Shown: in pieces, positions 53,785 to 64,000 of the stretch
Numbering within the stretch: the stretch's first letter is position 1
Layout: each line of letters starts with the position of its first letter
From: Octopus vulgaris
Taxonomy: Eukaryota
Direction: 5' to 3'
Assembly: GCA_951406725.2 (NCBI GenBank)
Contig: OX597815.1
Coordinates: 87,854,001 to 87,918,000, forward strand
DNA length: 64,000 bases
Program-made: the position numbers and the translations under genes
Notes under the pieces: generated by a model
Database searches by the model: none
What the model saw: the letters and a program-made list of their open reading frames with translations, nothing else
Told to the model about the DNA's origin: nothing

Positions 53785-53929
53785 TTATTTCTGCTGGACG
53801 TCCAATGTAAGATCCACTTTGGTAAGAACAGTTGGTTTTTTCATTCCAGAGCCACGCAAGCCAGCCAGGAATACCTGTGGTCGGGGTACACAACTTGAAC
53901 CATCTAACTTGGTTTGTGTTTGCTGGTCT
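53785..53929 (-). CDS. CFAP206: CFAP206 terminal coding exon
   Basis: tcttatcattgtAG acceptor, phase-2 start completing the Lys codon. Encodes DQQTQTKLDGSSCVPRPQVFLAGLRGSGMKKPTVLTKVDLTLDVQQK*, containing the CFAP206 VPRPQxxLAGLRG motif; TAA at 53787-53785. Confidence 0.93.
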
Positions 53930-54057
53930 CTACAATGATAAGACATAAGGAAATAACAACATGATCAACAATAAAATAAAATGGAATCATACAACCACCA
54001 CACATGCTCAAACACATACAGACAAATAGTCATAATTAGAAACATTACACACATGTA

Positions 54058-55349
54058 TCAGGTCATCCCATAAGTTCTATCCAAATTTTGAATAAAGAAA
54101 ACAAGTGATCAAATGTTATATTTAATTGAAATTTAATCATCAATGTACTTTCCCTGATTATCTATGGCTTCCTTCCATCTATTTACAAGCATTTTAATCT
54201 CATCAATGTAAAACTCCTTTGGCTTCAAAGCGAAGAACTCTGAAATGTCAATTTCGACCTCCTCCTGGCTTGCAAAAGTTATGTCCCCCGAATGATTCTG
54301 TAAACTACGAAACAAATGGTAGTCTGACAGAGCAAGGTCGGGAGGATAAGATGAATGAAGAATTTTTTTCCCAACCAAGCTCTTTGATCTTCTGTGATGT
54401 GATCTTTGCAGTGTGGAGTCATGCATTGTACTGATGAAACATTACTCCTTTCCGATTCACTAAAGCAGGTCTTTTTTCTTCAAAGCTTGGTTCAAACACT
54501 CTAATTACTGACAGTAGACTTGAGCATTGATTGTTGCATTAGGTGGTAACAATTCAAAGTGAATCACTCCTTTGCAATCCCACCAGATAGAGAGAAGAAG
54601 ATTTTTCCAATGAAGTTCCCGTTTCGGTTGTGGTTGAGCTTTTTCCCTTTTACCAAGCAACTGTTTACGATGTTTAACATTTTGATAGAAGATCCATTTT
54701 TCGTCACCAGTCACAAGTCTATCCAAAAAGAGTGAAATGAGTTCGTGAGAATGGAGAAAAGAGCAGATGTCAACTCAGGATTTGCAGTTGCTTTCAGACA
54801 ATTCATGAGGCATCCTTTTTCCAAGTTTAGGAACCTTTCCAAGTTGTTGAAGATGACAATGAACAGTTGTATAGTTTGAACTAAGCTTTATTGCCAATTC
54901 TTCAACTGATAATGCAGGATTTTTTTCAAGTAATGCCTCAAAGAGCTTATCATCAAACTCAACTGGACATCCTGTTCGATCTTCATCTTCAAGGCTGAAA
55001 TCTCCACTTCTGAACTTTGCAAACCATCTTCTGCAAGTTCTTTCATTCAAGCATTCTTTCCCATAAACTAAGTGTATGTTTCGGATCGCTTCAGCTGCAG
55101 AGTTTCCTTTTTTGTACTCATAAAGCATTATGTACCTCAACTGCTCTTTGGATACTTCCATGTTAGAAAGGGTTTTAATCAAAGAAATTTTAATTATATT
55201 ATTGTGTAAAATAATATTTAATTAGTTTGAATGTACACAAATGCATAAAAATAATTTTTAATAATTCCATTAGACATTCTAAAATACTATTAAATTTCAT
55301 TCAATTTTAAAAAAGATAAAATTGGACAGAACTTATGGGATGACCTGCA
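54058..55349 (-). mobile_element. Mariner (DD34D), second copy of the 33750 family, in the last CFAP206 intron
   Basis: Same TIRs and TA flanks. Transposase MEVSKEQ... is broken by stops at 54775 and 54505 and by a frameshift; the second catalytic D is mutated. Confidence 0.96.
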
Positions 55350-56098
55350 TATGCACATTCTGATCTGCAATAAATTATTTATCAAACCAACTGATTAAAG
55401 TTCACAACTTCTCTTTTCATGACCACTACTGTGTCTTAACCCTAGTCCTCATACTGAAAAAATTTGCCTTTCTTCAGAACTCCCTCCTTATCAATTGTTT
55501 CCCAATAAACAGTAACAACAGTTAATTTTCCATCAAATAACACCGTACCAGCTTAAAACAAGGACACAAAGGCTATGGGTATTTCTCATCCTTCCTTCTA
55601 TTAACTAATAAATGACAAACATATCTAAATTTGATCCAGTGTTATGTACAGTGGAATCAACTTCAGAGACAGCTTCTTCTCAGCTTTTCATCAAGCACAC
55701 CAAAGCAGAATATTGATATCTTTGGTTTACAAAGGAACAAAAACATCATGAGGCTTCAACTAGACCATAGTTGCTGAAGCTACAACATTAGCTGAACTTG
55801 TTACATGACCATGGATGTTGAAATCCTGTCCATTCATTATCCTGGATTTAGTTTAGAAATACTTTGCCTCTGATACCTTACTGACAATGCATTGTCTAAT
55901 ATAAAAAGAGCAAACTAATGTGAAACAAGAACTCATATAAAATGTAAAATATGATAAATTAAATATTCTTTAAACATCAATATCAAAGCAATCTACAATC
56001 AATCGAGGGCTGCTATTTAAAAAGCAGTGTCATATGTGCGTGCACATGTTTGTGTGTGTGTGTGTGAGTATGGTGTATATGTGTGTATGTGTGTGTGT

Positions 56099-59000
56099 AA
56101 AGAAAAGAACTTGAAAATACAGGAATCTTTTTAAAATTTATTAACTTAATTGGTTTCACTTATCTAAAAATATTTTCAAAAGTAAGGTATGAGGCTTTGC
56201 GTATCCTCTGTGGTATCAAAAATTATTTTGCATAAATGTATTCAAATCAAGTGATATAGTTTTTGACAATGATAAGAAAAAAGTTTATGGCTTTTGTATC
56301 CTCTGTGATGAGTCAAAAAATAGTTTACATAAAAACACTCAGATCAGGTAAGAATTTTTTTTACAATGATAAGAAAATAAAAATTAGTTTACATAAATAT
56401 ATCCTATAAACAGATATTAGGGACTGCAATGAGTACAAAAGTTGCCCCAACTTTCACTAATCTAGTTATGGCTTACCTGGAAGTCCATATATATGAACAA
56501 TCCAAATTAAAATATGGCCTGAATTTCTACAAGTACCTGTTAGAGAATTGGAAGTGCTACTTGGATGACTGCCTCATTTTATGGTCTCACACATTTGACT
56601 AACTCAATAAATTCAAAAACCTAATTAGAAGCATCAACAATCATATCCAATTCACAATGGAATATAGTCAAGACCAACTACCATATCTAGACATCTCATT
56701 ATAATAAAAGAGACAAACATTGAAACTGATGTCCACTACAAACCGACTGATTCCAAACAATACCTTCTATTCACCACCCAAAGCACATGAAGACAAACAT
56801 TCCTTTTAATCTAGTGAGAAGAATTTGTACAATAGTCTCAAATTATGAAAACTCCAAGAATGAAAGGAAATTCTACTCGAAAGACTGTACTCATCATCAT
56901 TAATTGATAATGGAATAGAACGGGCTAAAGCAATTGAAATCCAAGATTTATGAAAACTGAAACACACTCAAGGTATGCTAAATAGTCTTCCATATCTCTC
57001 AACACACAACCTAAGAAATACAGGAGCTTACATCATTATACATAAGAACATCCCACTACTAAGTCAAGACCCACAATTAAAAAAAGCACCCAAAATCCAT
57101 AAAATAATAAAATGCTAGATCCTTAAAAAAATAACTCACCAATGCAAAATTACCTACCACAAACCAAACACCAACCATCCAAAAATGTGGTAGTTCTAAT
57201 TGCAAGATTTGCATTCACCTCATTGAAGGTACAATGTATAAATTTCAGTCAGAACATACTTTTGTCATAAAAAAATAACTTTTATTTGTGCATCAAAAAA
57301 TTTGATTTATGTCATTAGGTGTAAAGGGTGCCACAAAGATTACATAGGGCAAACTAGCCTTACCCTCAGAGACAGGATAACAGTCCACTGCCAACAATTG
57401 CAGGACAGTTAACCCTCAGTGGCCACTTAGATCTTTGCATAAAATAAGCCCTCTAAATTCCAAGTTTTCCCACTGTACCTTTGCCCAGACAGCACCACTG
57501 ACCAAATACGAATAAATAAAGAAAACATTTTTATTTGAAAATACAGACCTCACTTAAACATACTCTAATACTTTAAAAAATATACTTGGACTGTCACCTG
57601 GTGTAAGAACAACTAGGCAATATTCTAATTCCTACACACATGCACACCCCTACACACATTCACACATAAACACAATATCTCCCAGGAACACACAGCCACA
57701 ACAAACACACACATACACACTCATATATACACACATGTACATACACCCAGACACACAGACACACTCATATGCGCACAAACAGTCACATACATAAATACAC
57801 ACACACACAAATACAATACAACCCACGCACACATGCATACACACACACATACAAACACAATATCCCTATTCCCCAGAAAAACACACACCTATACACGCAC
57901 ACACAGACACACACACACATATACACACACAGTCACATACGCAGGTACACACACACACAAATACAATACAACCCACGCACACATGCATACACACACTCAC
58001 AAACACAATATCCCTTTTCCCCAGAAAAAACAATAATACTCCTAGAAAAAACACACACCTATACACGCACACACAGACACATTCACATATACACACACAG
58101 TCACTTATGCAGATACACACACAAATACAATACAACCCACGCACACATGCATACACACACTCACAAACACAATATCCCTATTCCCTAGAAAAAATACGCA
58201 TACACAATCAATACAATTTAACAGTCACACATATATACACACATACACAAGCACATACACATACACACTTGCACATATACACACACACATCGTCCTGAGA
58301 AATACAAATAGCACACACATATACACATATGCACACACACAGAGATGTGCACATGTACACACTGCCCTGACAAACACAACACACGTACACACACACAGCT
58401 CTGACAAATATAACACACACACATACACACGTATGCACACGCATACCACCCTGACAAATATAGCACATACCACCTCAATAAATACAAAAACTACACACAC
58501 ATGCACACACCACCCTAACAAATGCAATACACACACATAAACACGCACGCACACACACACACATATGCACACCACCCTGACAAACATAACAAATACATAC
58601 ACATGCACACACACGGGCACACACAAATATAACACATACATACACATGCATACACACACACACACACCAGCTGGACAGTTATAACACACACACATACCCA
58701 CATGCATGCACACACCGCCCTGACCAACGCAACACACACATGCATATGCACACACATGTACTCAAACAGCCATACACATATGCCCGAACAAACACAACAC
58801 ATACTATCACATTCACGCACACATACATACACACATATGTACACATGCAACAAACACATACACAAACAGCACCCTGACAAATATAACACACATACATACA
58901 AATACACACTTACACACAGAAGCACACTACCCTGATAAATATAACACACACACATACACAGGTATACACAGACATTTACACACGTACACACACACACCAC

Positions 59001-60020
59001 CCCAACAACTGCAACACGCACACACATGTATACACACGCGTGCACACACACACGCACACATACGTAGACATACACGTACACACAGAAACAGAACACCTAC
59101 ATACATGAACACATGTACACACATAAACCTGCTATTCACATTTCCCAGAAAAACACACACACATACATATACACATACACGTACACACCATTCTTTACTT
59201 ATGAGTCGTACATATAAACCCCAAAACACCAGCCAAAACTACTGAACCATAACAACACCAGCTCACCAAACAAGCCTTTCCCAGTTCCTCAACAACTATT
59301 TGAAATCAGAACAATCATGAACTACCTCTTGAGCATGTAACTGCCATCAACCACCCACACTGTTTTTAATGAGAAAGCAATTCTAAGCCACTTTTTTTTT
59401 TAAACAGAACCATCTTTTGATCATCTGACTGTCATCAACCAACCACATTGTTTTTTGAAAAAGAAGGCAATTTTGAGCTACCATTTCTGTATAAAATAGT
59501 AGTAACTATCAAAGTCCATCCAGATGTGAGACCCTACAGCCAGATCTGAGAACTATGAATGGTCTGTTATTTCTCTACTCACCTTTTTTTCAATTTAAGA
59601 TGCTGCAAACAATTATGTCTTCTGATCACAGTGAGACTAAAACTTTAGCACCCACTAGTTGACAAATTAGACATGTTTTATCTTCTTGTCAAAGACTCTA
59701 TTACTTGATTTGGGTATATTTATGTTAACTAATTTTTATCTTTGTATCATTGTAAAAAAATTTTATTACCTGATCTGAATGTTTTTATGTAAACTATTTT
59801 TTTGACTTGTAACAGAGGATACACAGTCTCAAACATTTTCTTATCATTGTCAAAGACTCAATCACTTGATTTGAATACACTTATATAAACTAATTTTTGA
59901 TGCCACAGTGGATACACAAAGTCTCATACCTTACTTCTGAAAATCTTTTTAAATAAGTCAAATCAGTTAGGTTAGTAAATACTTTTAAAAGACTCCTGCA
60001 TTTTCAGATTCTTTTCCTTA
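56099..60020 (+). mobile_element. Penelope-like element (Neptune-type), 5'-truncated, with inverted pseudo-LTR
   Basis: RT: YKQILGTAMSTKVAPTFTNL, WKCYLDDC, IQFTME, LPYLD, TDVHYKPTD, HPKH..NIP. Cys linker CGSSNCKIC; GIY-YIG LIYVIRCKGCHKDYIGQT. 56099-56404 is an inverted copy of 59712-60020. Confidence 0.9.
57635..59200. repeat. CA-rich minisatellite inside the Penelope-like element
   Basis: Three units of about 150-165 bp anchored on caaatacaatacaacccacgcacacatgc, then many shorter units anchored on ccctgacaaa. Confidence 0.85.
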
Positions 60021-60404
60021 TATTTTAACTCATGTGGTAACCCCCCAACTTTACTTTATATATATATCTCATGGTATTGACCAGACTATCAGATGTTGCT
60101 ATACATTGATGGTCACAATATGCTTCACATTGTTTTAACCTTCTAATGCTGCAGCCCTGCTGGCTATGTGAGCAAGCAAACATCCCCCCAATCAGAAAAC
60201 TATTCCTTTGCAGGGGTTATCCATTTACAGCTGAGTGGACTGGAGCAACATGAAATGAAGTGTCATGCTCTTAGGTATATATTCATGTAAGACACTGCCA
60301 ATAATTTTTGCCCCTCATAAATGTTTAAAAATACAACTGAAAGAGCTGGAGTATGGTCCCTCAGTCTGACAGAAAAACCAGCCAAATTTTCAGATCATAA
60401 CCTA

Positions 60405-60731
60405 AATGGTAAAGATCCCCTTTGGGATTGCATCTAGAAAGTTCCTCTCTGAGGTACAAGTTCGGGTAAGGTTGCTTATGGAAGACCAGCAGTCTCCCAT
60501 GCATACCAGCTTCCCCTCTCCACACCGCTGGTGTTATCCAAGAGAAAGGCAAAGGCTGATACAGCTTGGCACCAGTGATGTTGCAAATCATTTCTACAGC
60601 TGAGTGAACTGGAGCGATATGAAATAAAGTGTCTTGCTCAAGAACACAATACACAGCTTGGTCTGGGAATCAAACTCACTTCCTCATGATTGTGAGCCCA
60701 ACATTCTAACCACTGAGCCATGCACCTTCAC
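60405..60731 (-). mobile_element. SINE family C, CpG-depleted intronic copy
   Basis: Colinear with 38050-38387. Confidence 0.88.
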
Positions 60732-60759
60732 ATAACCTATCCTCTTAAAAAAAGAAGGC

Positions 60760-61176
60760 ACATTGAATAAAGAACAGTAGCTTGGAGGAGGCAGAACAGC
60801 CTACTCCAGGTGACACTTTTGAGTTGTATAAACCTGTATAGGTTTGGGTGAGGAGTCAGAATAGAGGGAAAAACTGAAGGGCTGTTCTGGGCAATGCGCA
60901 CTCTCAAATTAAGACACTGATAGGCTACAATGGCTTTGATCATTGATCTGCTTGATTGGGAGCTTGGGTTAAACATCAAGAAGGACACTAAGTATTATTA
61001 ATTTATGCAAATGAAAATATTTTTGATAAGAAATATATAATAATTTCCCACATTGAATAATGTTTTTCCCTCTATTCTGACTCCTCACCCAAACTTATAC
61101 AGGTTTATACAACTCAAAAGTGTCACCTGGAGTAGGCTGCTCTGCCTCCTCCAAGCTACTGTTCTTTATTCAATGT
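60760..61176. repeat. 115-bp inverted repeat (2 mismatches) with 187-bp spacer
   Basis: 60760-60874 versus 61062-61176. Confidence 0.95.
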
Positions 61177-61576
61177 CCCACTCAGTTTTGTAGAGAATGG
61201 GGTTGGAGTATATATCTGGTACTTCTTTTGTTCATCCTAAAAGGATGAAGGCAAAGGTGACCTTTGTGGAAATCAAATTCAGATTGTGAGTAGCAAAAAT
61301 AAATTCTACTATTTCTCCCAAACAATAACACTTCTTTGTGTCAGGCCTCTACATGATTGCTTTGATAAAAACAGTAGCTAAATCTCCCTCAAATCACATC
61401 CTTAAAAACAAACCTAAAGGGTAAAAAGTCCTAAACCTAGATACAGTTGTGCCTTAAAACAAGTCCAGAATAACTTTAATCATAGGTCTGTGCAATCAGG
61501 ATTGATTTGAGGCTAACAACATCTTTTATGTTCACCCTATCCTCATTAATCAAAAGAAACATTAAAACTACATTAC

Positions 61577-61665
61577 TTTGGTAAGTAAGTTTGTGTAGTG
61601 ACAATCTTCCGGTGACTGCTGGCATCAGTTTGAGTTGAATGTGTTAGTTTATGGCGCAGATCAGT
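61577..61665 (-). CDS. CFAP206: CFAP206 penultimate coding exon
   Basis: ctttctttaacAG|...|GTAATG; 89 nt, phase 0 to 2. Encodes TDLRHKLTHSTQTDASSHRKIVTTQTYLPK, matching the recalled CFAP206 segment ANLRQKVTHSVQT...QVYxPK. In frame with both neighbouring exons. Confidence 0.92.
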
Positions 61666-62289
61666 CTGTTAAAGAAAGGTTTTATATAATGTTATTAATT
61701 TCTTGCATATTAAAGTTTCTGGTAATATTACATTAGCAACAATTCTCAAAGGTGTTTTACAAGCCCAGAGCTTCATAGAGAGGGTCAATATAGTTTATGG
61801 AATTGACCCTTTAGAAGACCAGTACTTATTTTATCAAACAGTAAAGCTGGTACAGCTAGGATCTGAACATTTTTTAATCTTTTAATCGAAGGTGGAGCTT
61901 ATAACTATTTACATGACTGGTGGATGGAAGATATCTTCAAACCAAAGACCTGGCCTAAATATTTGAAACTAAGTGAGCTTTACTAAAGGCACCCAAGGCC
62001 CAGGTGATGGTCTTAAAGTGAGAGGCAGATTAAGTTAGCTTGATTTGAACTCAGAATGCAAGAGCCAAAACAAATCTTGCAAAGATGCTTTCATTTCCCT
62101 GTCAGTCCACCTTACCGTTAATAATTGAACTCAGAACAAAATTGACTTAGTGGAATTTGAACACAGAAAACAAGATGCCAGCATAAATACTACTCTAAAC
62201 CAAATACTGAAAGGTATTCAGTCCAGTGGTTTATTCTTGTCAGCCTACTACCAGTGTTAATAATTTTTATTTCTTACACTGATTTGTAA

Positions 62290-62648
62290 AAGGGTAGTTA
62301 CAGATATGAAGGACACCTTTTTGAATTCCATGTCTAACACTCAGACATGTTTACAAAATCAAAAAATAACATAGCACCCATGACTTTCAGAAATGTTTTC
62401 ATGCTCAGAATTGCTGAAGCATGGAATAAACCACTTGCATCAGTAGTTGGCTGTCGGGACACTTTCAAAACTTCCATGCTTCTTGAAATTCACCAGCAGT
62501 ACACTTGATTCCTCCTCCTTTTTCTTTTAATGACTCATTCGCTGATAATTTCCTATGCATTATTCTATGTACAGTTTATGCACTTTTAGCTACTTTTTGT
62601 CATGAACTGTAGTGCCCCTGAACACTGTATACAATAATTACATTATTA
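62290..62648 (+). mobile_element. CR1-like LINE 3' end
   Basis: FRNVFMLRIAEAWNKPLASVV...FK C-terminal motif plus 3' UTR. Confidence 0.7.
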
Positions 62649-63467
62649 AGTACAATCAATTGACTCAACCTTCATACGTTACTGGTACTGGTATCAATAT
62701 CAGAAATATAGAAAGAAACAAGCCTGGCAAAACTGGTACTCAGACAATAGAGGAATAAAACTAAATATGAGCCATTTAATCCAACATTTAGATGCAGTAA
62801 GAGCTGATATCGCCAATATCAGTGGTGAGGCATTTGATTGTGTTGTAACATGGGGGAAGCATGCAAATGGCTTTCTGGTGCAAATGCAAGCTAGACTCCC
62901 TAAGTGGAGAAAAACTGATCTATTTAAGGAAATTGCTGGGCTCCATTGCAATAGGTAGAAACTCCAAGCAATGTAAAATATGGCCTGTACCATGATTATC
63001 AGTATGAACATCAAACTTCAAAAAGTAGTTAACCATTTAATGGTTTTAGGAAATTTATACAGAGAAAGTAAGCATTATGCCGACCAGCATAAATAAAAGT
63101 CAACTTCATTATATTTTTTCTGTAAAAATCTATTCTGACATTGAATGAGTCAACTTCCGAGAACCATATGGTTGAGAAGCAAGCTTCTTACCACACAGCC
63201 ATGCCTTCACTTACTGGATATAAAAAAAATAAATAAACATATAAATAGTGTGTCCATGTTTGAAATGCCTTTAAAATAAAAATAACAATGAACTTGTTGT
63301 ATATAGTGCTCAGGTATGCCACAACTCATCAGAAAAAATAGCCAAAATTATATGAACAGTACATAGAATATGCACAGGAAGTTAACAGTGAAAAGTCTTT
63401 AAAAAATAGATCTGCTCAATGGGAGCTGATTTGACATTAAGCAACAATGTTATATGAGTTTTTTTAC

Positions 63468-63611
63468 CAGTTTAACAGCCTTTCGCCGAAGTTCCCATTC
63501 ATTCCACTCATAGGATTTAACAATATTCTTCTCAATGAAATGTGTGTCTGTTTGAGTTTCACTTTCACATTTAACAATAGCCTTATGTATATAACGGCGG
63601 CTGTCCTTTCT
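63468..63611 (-). CDS. CFAP206: CFAP206 (cilia- and flagella-associated protein 206) internal coding exon, third from last
   Basis: Manual translation RKDSRRYIHKAIVKCESETQTDTHFIEKNIVKSYEWNEWELRRKAVKL. The TQTDTH...SYEWNEWELRRKA(I/V)KL motif is recognised as the CFAP206 C-terminal region. ctaac branch point, tttcaatgcAG acceptor and CTG|GTAAAA donor; 144 nt. The acceptor could be the next AG, 2 nt away. Confidence 0.93.
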
Positions 63612-63652
63612 CTGCATTGAAACAAAATTTCAGTTAGAGCATTAATTACAAT

Positions 63653-63700
<48 letters not shown>

Positions 63701-63782
63701 TAATAATGACAATAATAATAACAATAATAATCCTGACCCCAGAGGAATTTTAACTCAGAGCATAACAAAAGAATTGATGATG

Positions 63783-63785
<3 letters not shown>

Positions 63786-63835
<50 letters not shown>

Positions 63836-64000
63836 CCTTTCTACTAAAGGCACAAGGCCTGAAATTTTGCATGAGGGGACTAGTCGATTACATCAACCTC
63901 AGTGTTTCACTGATACTTAATTCTTCAAGCCTGAAAGGTTGAAAGGCAAAGTCGACCTCGGTGGAGTTTGAACTTAGATCATAAAGATGGATGAAATGCC
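63786..64000 (-). mobile_element. SINE family A with (ATT)n tail
   Basis: Reverse complement of the family A body (gaaaggcaaagtcgacctcgg.gga.tttgaact). Confidence 0.85.

Noticed and set aside
62767-62958. 63-aa plus-strand ORF in a CFAP206 intron
   Set aside because: Unrecognised and probably a transposon remnant; no splice or promoter support.
63464-63724. ORF-track 86-aa minus ORF
   Set aside because: Wrong frame; the real coding frame here is the CFAP206 exon.

Overview
AT-rich, repeat-dense animal genomic DNA. The microsatellite load and the SINE/LINE repertoire most resemble an octopus (coleoid cephalopod); this is an inference from memory, not a search. The only confidently recognisable host gene is missed by the ORF track: the last three coding exons of CFAP206 on the minus strand (63611-63468, 61665-61577, 53929-53785). 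They splice in frame with GT-AG sites. The rest is mostly decayed mobile DNA: several R4/Dong-type (REL-endonuclease) LINEs in (TAA)n or (TACA)n tracts, RTE, CR1-like and L1/Tx1-like LINE pieces, a Penelope-like element with an inverted pseudo-LTR, three mariners, a DD37D/Tc1-like transposase, an internally deleted Helitron, hAT- and Merlin/MULE-like MITEs, and at least three tRNA-derived SINE families. Best leads: (i) head-to-tail stacking of R4 elements in a TAA tract, and a second R4 family in TACA; (ii) two L1/Tx1-like elements ending at the same 16-mer, with a 3' tail shared with a tRNA-SINE; (iii) hammerhead-ribozyme relics; (iv) recent templated inverted duplications; (v) CpG decay concentrated in and near the CFAP206 gene body; (vi) RFX X-boxes carried in mariner TIRs next to a ciliary gene. 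No CRISPR, rRNA or genuine tRNA genes were seen, and I cannot establish a wholly new system from sequence alone.
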